This document shows, piece after piece, positions 1 to 8,625 of a stretch of 32,000 bases of DNA; the first letter of the stretch is position 1, and every line of letters starts with the position of its first letter. This stretch comes from an uncultured beta proteobacterium (GTDB lineage Bacteria > Pseudomonadota > Gammaproteobacteria > Burkholderiales > Burkholderiaceae). The stretch covers positions 16,260 through 48,259 of the forward strand of contig CAVPTS010000018.1 in assembly GCA_963708695.1 (NCBI GenBank), given 5' to 3'. Below the pieces are notes generated by a model. That model made no database searches and was not told the origin of the DNA. It was given only the letters and a program-made list of their open reading frames with translations. Both the position numbers and the translations under genes were made by a program.

Positions 1-268
1 CGACAAGCACGCCGGCGATTGTGATGTGGCACAGCTTTCTCATGGGGCACCCTTGGAGATCAGGGCGCAATTGTATGACGGACCACGTGAGCGTCTCGGT
101 GAGGTTGATTGTGCTGCGGGGTGCGATTGTATAAGGAAGCGCTCAGCTGCGGGGCCCGGCTCTGTAAGGGACGGTGTTTGCAGTGCAGGAATAGTCAACG
201 CAGGGCCATATCGAATGCACCGGCCTTCTAGGACTCGCACCCTCGCGGATCCGGCCATCGACGCATCC

Positions 269-333
269 AACCTCCATCGCAACAGGTCAAGGCAAAATCT
301 TAAAAAAGTGTCGGCGACGGCTCCCGTTTTGCC
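269..333 (+). repeat. Direct repeat copy R1 (candidate att/junction sequence)
   Basis: The 65-nt sequence aacctccatcgcaacaggtcaaggcaaaatcttaaaaaagtgtcggcgacggctcccgttttgcc recurs at 11126-11189. About 58 of 65 positions match, with one A indel. Its core recurs at 17448-17472. Similarity ends at the same right-hand point (...gttttgcc) in R1 and R2. Confidence 0.6.
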
Positions 334-396
334 CTAAGCGACAGATCGGGTTGAACGCCTCCGTCAAAAGAATGGACTTAGCTTGCAGGTCTTTCG

Positions 397-654
397 ATGG
401 TTGCACTTCGAGGCCGCGTCGCCATCCGAAGAAAAGGAAAGACAGCACGCTCGCATTTACGCCTGGCTAACACGTTCATTGCCCTGCTGGCATTGGCGGT
501 AGGCGGATTTTCTGCTTACGTTTCATGGCTGTCAGATCCGCGCAACGCCGAAAATTTAGATGTCGTAGCGGACACCGAGTCGCTATGCACTTTGGAATGG
601 AGGCCGGATATCAAGGGATCGGCGACACTCAACTGCAGGGTCGTTGTCCTATGA
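397..654 (+). CDS. Hypothetical small protein with one predicted TM helix
   Basis: 85-aa ORF with the hydrophobic stretch FIALLALAVGGFSAYVSWL. The RBS is weak and I recognised no family motif. Confidence 0.3.
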   Translation: MVALRGRVAIRRKGKTARSHLRLANTFIALLALAVGGFSAYVSWLSDPRNAENLDVVADTESLCTLEWRPDIKGSATLNCRVVVL

Positions 655-708
655 AGCCTTGCTGCGTTCGTGGGAAACCCCTTCTATCGCAGTAAGGCCC
701 CGCTGATG

Positions 709-1056
709 CTAGCGTCGTCCGATCAGTAACGAGATTGCTTCTTCGAGCAGCGCCACCGAGGCATTGACGTCTCGGGCTTCAACATCCCCGCGACCGGAAA
801 GCGCCAAGTAGGCCATGTGCACGCTTGGCGAATGTTTCGCCAGTGCCACCAGGTGCGTGCCGCTTGGGCCGCGCACCGCGCTAAGCCAGTTTTGCACGGT
901 TCTCTCGCTGGCGCCCGTCCATCGGGCGATCGTTTTGACTGAGTGCTGCGAAGCCTGCATCTCTTCTCTCAGGGCCATGGCAATCGCGAGCGGATATTCC
1001 GCTCCGACTGAAATTGTTTGCTCCTCGCGCAAATTCTTGCTGTTTCTCGGCAACAT
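709..1056 (-). CDS. Helix-turn-helix DNA-binding protein (putative element regulator)
   Basis: ATG at 1056 is preceded by GGAGG. The HTH-like segment is SVKTIARWTGASERTVQNWLS. The gene is divergent from the recombinase, with a 108-bp shared intergenic region. The ORF track starts it at 1071 on a TTG. Confidence 0.6.
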   Translation of the reverse strand: MLPRNSKNLREEQTISVGAEYPLAIAMALREEMQASQHSVKTIARWTGASERTVQNWLSAVRGPSGTHLVALAKHSPSVHMAYLALSGRGDVEARDVNASVALLEEAISLLIGRR

Positions 1057-1164
1057 TTTTCGCGCCTCCAAACGTATATTTTCTGGACGGAAAGATGAAA
1101 CAAAACCAAGGGGAGCGTCGCTCGACCGTGCTGCTGTCGGGTTGCCCTGCCAAACGGAGGTGCC

Positions 1165-2739
1165 GTGAGCCGGCCAACGCGCGAAGAAGTTTCTAGCAAC
1201 TCAAAAACCGGGCGGGCGCGCGCGGCCGCATATGTGCGCATGTCGACGGACCACCAGCAATACTCAACGGAAAACCAAACAGACGTGATCCGGGCGTTCG
1301 CCGAAGCGCGCGACCTGGAAATTGTTCGGATTTACGCGGACGATGGCAAGAGCGGTCTCGTCCTGCAAGGACGCAAGTCGTTGAACGATCTGATTCACGA
1401 CGTCGAGTCCAAGTCGGTTGACTTCGAATTCATACTTGTCTACGACGTGAGTCGCTGGGGTCGGTTTCAGGATACGGACGAGAGCGCAAGCTATGAACTC
1501 CGTTGCAAACAAGCGGGCGCGCGCGTGCTCTACGTCGCAGAGCAGTTCGAAAATGACGGCAGCCCGATATCGAGCGTTATCAAAAGTCTCAAAAGAACCA
1601 TGGCCGCTGAATACAGCCGCGAACTAGGAGAGAAGGTCAAACTAGGCCAGATCCGCTTGGTCAAGAGCGGTGTTCGCCAAGGTGGGCCGGCCGGCTACGG
1701 ATTGCGCCGCGTCGCGATCGACCAAACGGGCAACGTGAAAGCCGAATTGGCACGCGGGGATCATAAATTCCTGCAGACCGAACGTGTGATCCTCAGGCCG
1801 GGGCCGCCAGACGAGGTAGCCACCGTCCAAGAGATTTACAGTGAATTCGTGCACGAGGGCCGCACGGAGTCTGAGATCGCGGTCTGGCTCAACTCCACCG
1901 GTAAGAAGACAGACCGGGGCGTCGACTGGACTCGCGGCACCGTCCATCAGGTCCTAATCAACGAGAAGTATGTGGGTCACAATGTTTGGAATCGGACATC
2001 GTTCAAGTTGAAGCAAGAGCGAATCAAAAATCCGCCCGCCGCGTGGGTGCGAAAGGACCACGCGTTTGAGCCCATCGTGGACACGCTGATGTTCGAAGCA
2101 GCGCGGCAAATCATCCTCGCTCGGTCTTATCGGCTGAGCGACGACGACATGCTCGGCGCATTGCGCACTGTTTTGCGGCAGAACGGCCTGTTGTCAGGCC
2201 TAGTTATTGATGAGGCTCCGGGGTGCCCTTCGAGCAGCGCTTTCCGCAGCCGCTTCGGAAGTCTGCTGCGCAGCTATACGCTGATCGGATATCAGCCGGA
2301 TCGAGATTATCGATTCGTTGAGATCAATCGGCGGCTGCGCGAGATGCATCCGCGCATCGTCGAGCAAGCGGTGAGAGCGATGCTCGGCGCCGGCGCGTCG
2401 GTGGAGAGCGACCCGCGCTCCGGCTTGCTTCGAATCAATGAAGAGTTCAAGGCGTCGCTGGTTCTCTGCCGCTGCCGGGCGACGGAGGCGGGCAGCAACC
2501 GATGGATCGTCCGCTTGGATGCCGCCCTAATGCCGGATATTACGGTTGTGGCGCGCATGGAGCCCGACGCACAGTCTATCCGCGACTATTTCCTGCTTCC
2601 GGCAATCGACGTGTGGGAAACCCGCGTGCGTTTGGAAGACCACAACGATTTTGGCATTGAAGCTTATCGCTTCGACGACTTGGAAATGTTGGTCCATCTA
2701 AGTCGTAGAGTTCCTTTGCGAGGGGTGTCTTATGGATGA
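1165..2739 (+). CDS. Large serine recombinase (resolvase/invertase catalytic domain plus recombinase domain)
   Basis: GTG start lies 5 nt after GGAGG. The N-terminal AAAYVRMSTDHQQYSTENQ is the catalytic-serine motif of serine recombinases. DVSRWGR and LINEKYVGHNVWNRTSF are typical of the recombinase domain. The protein is 524 aa and I saw no obvious Cys-pair zinc ribbon. Confidence 0.92.
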   Translation: MSRPTREEVSSNSKTGRARAAAYVRMSTDHQQYSTENQTDVIRAFAEARDLEIVRIYADDGKSGLVLQGRKSLNDLIHDVESKSVDFEFILVYDVSRWGRFQDTDESASYELRCKQAGARVLYVAEQFENDGSPISSVIKSLKRTMAAEYSRELGEKVKLGQIRLVKSGVRQGGPAGYGLRRVAIDQTGNVKAELARGDHKFLQTERVILRPGPPDEVATVQEIYSEFVHEGRTESEIAVWLNSTGKKTDRGVDWTRGTVHQVLINEKYVGHNVWNRTSFKLKQERIKNPPAAWVRKDHAFEPIVDTLMFEAARQIILARSYRLSDDDMLGALRTVLRQNGLLSGLVIDEAPGCPSSSAFRSRFGSLLRSYTLIGYQPDRDYRFVEINRRLREMHPRIVEQAVRAMLGAGASVESDPRSGLLRINEEFKASLVLCRCRATEAGSNRWIVRLDAALMPDITVVARMEPDAQSIRDYFLLPAIDVWETRVRLEDHNDFGIEAYRFDDLEMLVHLSRRVPLRGVSYG

Positions 2740-3649
2740 CCAAGTGAAAGGGATCGGGGCCACTCTGCCTCGCGAGGACAAGATCACGCTTATCCCTGCC
2801 AGTCAGTTGCGAGTGCTTAACCCCCGGACGCGCAATAGTTTGTTTTTCTCGCAGCTCGTAGAGAACATCGCGACAGTAGGACTCAAACGCCCTATCACCG
2901 TTGCCTTGGGTGGCCAGTCGGAGCAAGGCGACTGGTATGAGGTGCTTTGCGGGCAGGGACGCTTGGAGGCACTCCAAGCCCTTGGAGAGAGCATGATTCC
3001 ATGCTGCGTAGTCGAGGCGGATCGCGTTGAGCGGTATTTGATCAGTCTGACCGAAAACATCGCGCGTCGGCGGCACAGCACTGAAGAGTTGCTGAGCGGA
3101 TTGCAGATCCTTCGGGATCGTGGCTACACGGCAGAGCAAATCGCTCAAAAGACGAATCTCGACTCGCGATACATCACCAGCATTCTGCACCTTCTAGAAA
3201 ATGGCGAGCTTAGGCTTTTGCGTGCGGTGGAGAGGAAGGAAGTCCCATTGTGGCTTGCGATCGATATCGCTCGATCACCGCGGGAGGAAGTGCAGGCGGC
3301 GTTGGTCGCGGCTTACGAGAACGGGACATTGAAAGGCGACCAGTTGATGAAAGTCCGCAAGCTGATCACTCGCCGCGAGGCGTCCGGCAAGTCGTATTAC
3401 CCGAAAAAGAAACCTGCAAACGACACGCCCACGCCCCAGAAGCTGCTAAGGACTTACCAAGCCGAAGTCCGCCGCCAGCAATTCGTCGTTCAAAACGCGA
3501 AGATCCAAGAAAATCGACTGTTGCTCATCACCTCGACCTTCAAACGATTGTTGGCTGACGAGCATTTCCGGACACTTTTACGCGCGGAAAACATCAAGGA
3601 CATCCCTGAAACAATCGCTCGCCGCATTCCGTCGGAGTTGCTGCCATGA
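2732..3649 (+). CDS. ParB N-terminal-domain protein (ParB/Spo0J/sulfiredoxin-like fold) with HTH
   Basis: The start overlaps the recombinase stop (ATGGATGA). GLKRPITVAL...YEVLCGQGRLEALQALG resembles the ParB N-domain GxxRxxA region. The HTH-like segment is TAEQIAQKTNLDSRYITSILHLLE. Confidence 0.85.
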   Translation: MDDQVKGIGATLPREDKITLIPASQLRVLNPRTRNSLFFSQLVENIATVGLKRPITVALGGQSEQGDWYEVLCGQGRLEALQALGESMIPCCVVEADRVERYLISLTENIARRRHSTEELLSGLQILRDRGYTAEQIAQKTNLDSRYITSILHLLENGELRLLRAVERKEVPLWLAIDIARSPREEVQAALVAAYENGTLKGDQLMKVRKLITRREASGKSYYPKKKPANDTPTPQKLLRTYQAEVRRQQFVVQNAKIQENRLLLITSTFKRLLADEHFRTLLRAENIKDIPETIARRIPSELLP

Positions 3650-4545
3650 CCGAAATAAAGCACGGGTTCGAATCGCAAATCGTCGACGTTTCGCTCGCGC
3701 TGATTCGCCCGAGCTCGCCGACCCCCGCGCGTGTTTTGGCGACGCCCAAATTCCAAACCATTCTTGCGTCGATTCGCGAGTTGGGGATCATTGAGCCATT
3801 GGCCGTTTATCGATCGAGCGAGCATGCAGGTGAATACGATCTGCTTGACGGACACCTGCGCCTCGAAGCGTTGAAACAGCTCAATCGAGAAGTTGCGCCG
3901 TGCATGATTTCGCTGGATGACGAGGGATTCACTTTCAACCGCCACATCAACCGCAGCACCGCAGTCCACGAAAATCGAATGATTCGGGCGACTCTTGCGA
4001 AGGGCGCGTCTGCGGAGCGGATCGCGCAGGTGCTCAAAATCGACGTGAAGCGCGTTCGCGAAAAGGCCCATCTGCTCGACAGAATTGCGCCCGAGGTCGT
4101 TTCAATGCTCAAAGACAGGCAGGTAATCCCAAGGGTGTTCAAGGTGCTCAAAAAAATGAAACCCATGCGGCAGATCGAGGCGGCGGAGATGATGGTCGCC
4201 GCTAACCGCTTCACGGCGAGCTATGCGGAAATGATTTTCGTCACCTCGCGGCCTGAAGCGCTCATCGAGACCTCGCGCGCCAAGAAGACCGAAGAGATTT
4301 CCGCGGACGACATCGCGCGAATGGAAGCCGAGATGGAGCGGCTGCATCAAGACAGCCAAGCGGTGGAGGACAGCATCGGGGACACAATGCTTTCGTTGGT
4401 TGTCGCAAAAGGATTCACGAATCGGTTGCTGCGCAATGAGAACATCCACGAGCATCTAAGACGTCATCATCCGGATTTGCTCGCGAGCCTAGTCGGTGCC
4501 ATGGAAGCGATCGCCGCGGACAATCGCACGCCTGAGCGCGAATGA
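3646..4545 (+). CDS. ParB/RepB-like protein (second ParB N-domain paralogue with a RepB-type C-terminal region)
   Basis: ATGA overlap with the upstream gene. LGIIEPLAVYR...YDLLDGHLRLEALKQL is ParB N-domain-like. SAERIAQVLKIDVKRVREKAHLLDRIAPEV is HTH-like. The C-terminus is helical and acidic. Confidence 0.85.
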   Translation: MTEIKHGFESQIVDVSLALIRPSSPTPARVLATPKFQTILASIRELGIIEPLAVYRSSEHAGEYDLLDGHLRLEALKQLNREVAPCMISLDDEGFTFNRHINRSTAVHENRMIRATLAKGASAERIAQVLKIDVKRVREKAHLLDRIAPEVVSMLKDRQVIPRVFKVLKKMKPMRQIEAAEMMVAANRFTASYAEMIFVTSRPEALIETSRAKKTEEISADDIARMEAEMERLHQDSQAVEDSIGDTMLSLVVAKGFTNRLLRNENIHEHLRRHHPDLLASLVGAMEAIAADNRTPERE

Positions 4546-4878
4546 TGCAATTCATCATTTACGCAACTGATACCCTTGAGCAGTCGATACTCCGAAGTGT
4601 CCTCTGTTGCGGGATTATTCTGTAACGTCAGATCAAGTTGAATTGGTCCTGTTCGATAACTCTCACATCTTTGCTTGGCGCGAGAGCCCCGAGTCAGATC
4701 GTTAGTTGGCGCCTTTGTCCGAAAAAGTCTGGGACTTTCCGGATGGGCCAGTGCCGCGGTTTGCCATTGAATTAGATTCGGCAGCGCTGCATTTCATTTT
4801 TGAGTCTATGCATGCGTGCCAAGCGCGGCTACGATCCATTGTTCTTTTGCGATGACGGCCCTCTCAGCTAATCGCGCG

Positions 4879-4902
4879 CCCGTCGTGAGACGGGTTTTTT
4901 TT
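4879..4902 (+). terminator. Rho-independent terminator
   Basis: Stem cccgtc / gacggg with loop gtga, followed by eight T. It lies about 330 nt downstream of the ParB2 stop. Confidence 0.7.
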
Positions 4903-5472
4903 AATTAACGCAGGTTCGTTATGTCAGGACCCGATTAGTTACGCGGTGGGAAAGGACTACCGGCATGCCGACGATTTGCTATTCCGAAGCGCGTGCGCGA
5001 AATACTAAGGCGATAACTACGAAGCGACCAAATGACGTCCGCACCCCGCGCGTTTGCAAACGGCAGCCGTCGTCGATCCCCCGTAAATGCATTTTGTTCT
5101 ATTGTGATCGCGGGAAGCACGCCCGTTCAGCGCGATGTTGTCTTGGTTACCTCCGGTGCCGGTTGTGTCGAAAGGACGATCGCGCGGCGCGGCTGCGATA
5201 CAACCGCTATTGAAAGAGATCGAGACTTCGTGCGCGGCCACTGCGCGGGCGCTTCCTCCGCGCGATAGCCCGATGGTCCTTTGATGCCAGCACCCGTTAT
5301 TCAGGCCCTCCAGAACGTCAGCGCTATTTCGCCAGCTTCGTCACTAGTGATGAACTGCGTGCGCTTAACGTCAAGCTCTTGCCGTGTTAGCGACTCCGGC
5401 AGGCAACCACGTCGCACAGAGAAAGCATCACAACCCGGCGCCCATTTCCGGCGCAAGAATCAGAACCAAATC

Positions 5473-5689
5473 GCCCCAACTTATGCGCGCAAGCCCGCGT
5501 CTGCCCCAACATATGCGCTATTCATTCGAACGGCATGCTCCATCAGTCGAATTTCAAAGGGTAATCATGGCCGGTCCCGCTGCAACACGGCTAGGGCGAA
5601 CGGATCAACCCTGTGAAACCGCCGTTATTGACGCATACGGTGGACCGGACTACGCATAAGTTGGGGCGGCTTCACGCATAAGGTGGGGC
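5473..5689. promoter_or_regulatory. Array of a 16-nt motif GCCCCAAYWTATGCGY (two direct copies facing two inverted copies)
   Basis: The motif is GCCCCAACTTATGCGC at 5473-5488 and GCCCCAACATATGCGC at 5503-5518. Reverse-complement copies are ACGCATAAGTTGGGGC at 5652-5667 and ACGCATAAGGTGGGGC at 5674-5689. A partial copy lies at 5630-5643. The region has no convincing ORF. Confidence 0.5.
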
Positions 5690-6547
5690 AGATTCCACCT
5701 GACCGGTCGCTCCCCTTCTGTCTGTTCGATGGGCTGCGATGCTCTCCTCTCGGCTTCCATGGCACGCTCGATGGCCCAGTGATGCTCTCGAAGAAGGAAG
5801 CGCCGCGCGATCACGACACCAAGTTCAGCCGTGACATTCGGCGCGGCAACGCATTCGTGCGCTCACCTCATCCGTGATGGCTGCTCGAGTATTTGGCGCA
5901 AGCGGCTAACGAAGTGCTACGCCCGGCGCTTGGCAGAAAAGCTCACAACCAAAAAGTCATGGGCTTGCCCGATTCGTGGCGCGGAGATCGAGGTATATCT
6001 GCCCATGTTCGGGCCGAACGATCAGGACTGATGGGTCAAGGAGATCTTCTCCCACGTCAACGGCACGAACATCGTGCGACCGCGTGTGAACCGGGGGATC
6101 GCTGCGTGAGGGTGCTTCGAGGCGAAGTGATCTGCCTGATAGATAACGCGCTGCTCACCTACTGCGTCTATTTGCGGGCGGAAGCAACAAGACAAGCGGC
6201 GATCATGCTTCGATCGGCTCTTATTGCTAAGTGCAGCATGGCGGTTTGGCGGTGGAGCGGTCTGATTGTTGCGATAATGCGATAGACACTCGCGGTGAGA
6301 CAGACGGAGGCAGCGTCAGCGAAAAGGATCGCCGCGCTGGAGGCGCTGATACGCCGAGCTAAGCCCGACGTGGATGAAAGCAGCACGTGAAGTTGAAGCA
6401 GGCGATTTCCAGGTCGCCTGCAAATCAAAACTGCAGCTAATAACTACGAAAAGCACAAAATCTGGTATCTAATCGCGTCAGAGGCACAACATGTGCTATC
6501 CTCAGTTCAAAGGAAGCCTCAACTTCCTGCGGACAGGGAGTCCCCAC

Positions 6548-7249
6548 ATGATTACCGATAAGCGGAAGAAAGAGATTGAAGCGAGCGTTCGCAGCCTACA
6601 CTTGGAGGTTCTTCAAGGCGGTCGACTCAGGACAAGCGGAGGGCAACCGCATTTGATCGAACAGTTGTCTCCGGATGTTGCGATTGAGAAGTGTGGCTTC
6701 TCTTATGACGTGCGCTCAACGATGCCGTCTTCTCTTAGTGGTGCTAAGACAGAGACGGCCGGTATGATCGATTTTCTGCGCCAGATCGTGATCATTAAGG
6801 GCGGCAATTCGACGGAGATCCAGAGATTCACGGCAGGGCATGAACTTGGCCATCTTGTTCTTCACCGTGACCAGATTGGGTCGATGCCACACAGGGATCG
6901 ACCTCTGCCCGGTGGTGAAATGGGGCCGCGTTCGCCCATGGACGAAGAAGCGGATTTTTTTAGCGCGCTTTATACGGCTCCCGGGCCGACGGTGATCCAC
7001 TTCTTCCAGCAACGGTTTGGGAAGGCGCCGTTGCCTCTCAATGATCTTACGGCATACCACATCGCCGGTGAGAAAGGTCGAACTGACCTGCTGGCTGGCG
7101 ATGGCGACGCTAAGGCGTTTGCCGTTGCGGTCGCTCGGGCGGAGAAGTTCGGCGGCCATTTCAGGTTCCATTCGCTGGCAAAGCTCTTTTGTATGTCGCC
7201 TACAGCAATGGGTTTTCGACTGAGGGAACTCGGGTTGGTGGTCTACTAA
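6548..7249 (+). CDS. ImmA/IrrE-family zinc metallopeptidase-like protein
   Basis: The HEXXH motif sits in FTAGHELGHLVLHRDQ. ATG at 6548 follows GGGAG. The ORF track begins at 6491. Confidence 0.75.
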   Translation: MITDKRKKEIEASVRSLHLEVLQGGRLRTSGGQPHLIEQLSPDVAIEKCGFSYDVRSTMPSSLSGAKTETAGMIDFLRQIVIIKGGNSTEIQRFTAGHELGHLVLHRDQIGSMPHRDRPLPGGEMGPRSPMDEEADFFSALYTAPGPTVIHFFQQRFGKAPLPLNDLTAYHIAGEKGRTDLLAGDGDAKAFAVAVARAEKFGGHFRFHSLAKLFCMSPTAMGFRLRELGLVVY

Positions 7250-7303
7250 CGACACCGGTAACTTTTAGCTGTGTGCTATCTTTGAGCGCCTCTGGAGGAC
7301 ACC

Positions 7304-7942
7304 GTGCAGGCACTCAAAGACGTCGGAGAGATCACCGCTCTCCTAAGTAACACCCCGCTGTCTAAATCCCCTCTTTGGGACAAGCCGCTAGACGAACTCG
7401 ACCCGGCGCAACTTCATGCTTTCCTTACGCGACTGACCCTCGACGGACACGGCGAAGAAGCGCGGCGGATCGCGGAAGTGGTCATGGCGCAGATACGCGC
7501 TGTGCAGACACCGGCGGCGGTCGTGTCAATGCCGATTCTCGCGTTCGCTATACCGCAAGAGCGCATGACGCTTGGCGAGCTCAGACTCGGTTTAGAGAAG
7601 CTCACGCGGCCCCGGCCGGCGGCAGTCCTGTTCGGGCTTGAAACCGACATGGAGATCGATGCGCTGATTACCCTCAAATGGGATAAGGCGAACGAACTGC
7701 GCATGAGCGGCACGCTCTCGAAGATGGCAACCGATGTGCTGCGACTTGCGCCGCGGCACTTGAGCAGCCCTTACGTGTTCTGGCAGAACTTCAGCGACGG
7801 CGTGGCGCCGCTGTTCGGGTTGTCCCTGGAGCTCGCTGAAATCTTCGATATGGGTCGTTTAGGCCTAAATCCGAGCGCCGCGGGTCGGCCATATCCCAGC
7901 GTTTTGACCTTCTGCCACTCGTGTGTGCGACCGCTCGGATAA
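7304..7942 (+). CDS. Hypothetical protein, family X, copy A (N-terminus intact, native C-terminus lost)
   Basis: Residues from about DMEIDALITLKW to AEIFDM are closely paralogous to 15759-16067. After position 7853 the reading frame runs antisense through the 3' end of the ligase gene instead of the MEWPELRQAY...WLTN tail seen in copy B. Confidence 0.5.
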   Translation: MQALKDVGEITALLSNTPLSKSPLWDKPLDELDPAQLHAFLTRLTLDGHGEEARRIAEVVMAQIRAVQTPAAVVSMPILAFAIPQERMTLGELRLGLEKLTRPRPAAVLFGLETDMEIDALITLKWDKANELRMSGTLSKMATDVLRLAPRHLSSPYVFWQNFSDGVAPLFGLSLELAEIFDMGRLGLNPSAAGRPYPSVLTFCHSCVRPLG

Positions 7943-8597
7943 GGCGAGTTTAGTCGCTTGGCCACCATCCCCTCGAAGCCATGATGCTCAACCTGTTCAA
8001 AGACCCACTCGCCGGCGCCGACAATCCCGTTCATGAAAACAAGGGTGCCAGTGTCATCGAAGCTGTCTCGCAGGAACGCTTTACGTTTGATCAGCGTCAT
8101 GCCGCGCAGGTCTCGATCCCCAATCGTCAACATATCGAACATGTAGAGTCGCGCGGGCTTGGCGATCGCTGCTGCTTTAATCCGAGACGCCACCGAGGTC
8201 GTCGAACGTGAAAGCAGCTTTTCAAAGTTCGAATGGCCGCCCGGGTCATCGACCGTAAGCTCGGCGTCCACGTGAAGTCGCCCGGGACTTGAGCGACCGC
8301 GGCAACGATCTCGGGAAACGATCGGTTCAGAGAATTGCCAGGACGCGAGATGAGCTCCACGCTGTCGCCCTGCTTCCTGATCAAGCACCGGAACCCGTCG
8401 TATTTCCATTCGAAGATCCAGCCCTCGAGGGAGAACGGCGCGCGCTTGAGTGTGGACAGCATGAGGTCGGCCGCCTCAATCGGCTTCACAAGCGGCACAC
8501 CGGGAGGCCTGGCCCGGACAGCGATTTTCTTCGCTGTTGTCGGCGCTTGCAGAGCACGAGCCATTCGATCCCCGATCAGTCTATCGGCCGACATCAC
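7771..8597 (-). pseudogene. ATP-dependent DNA ligase interrupted by one frameshift
   Basis: Frame 1 (8597 to about 8274) contains motif I, EWKYDGFRCL. Frame 2 continues with VDAELTVDDPGGHSNFEKLL, FEGMVAKRLNSPY (motif IV-like) and EWQKVK (motif V-like). The frames switch at about 8268-8274. The native stop is missing relative to copy B. Confidence 0.8.
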
Positions 8598-8625
8598 TTC
8601 GCGACGTGAGCTTGAAGCGCATGCG

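Noticed and set aside
3664-3674. gggttcgaatc, resembling a tRNA T-arm/T-loop
   Set aside because: It lies inside the ParB2 coding sequence, and no acceptor, D or anticodon arms can be built around it. I found no tRNA at either element boundary.
5281-5659. ORFs 5281-5616 and 5384-5659 (+)
   Set aside because: They span the 16-nt motif array. Their translations are Arg/Pro/Ala-rich, and they have no RBS and no family signature.
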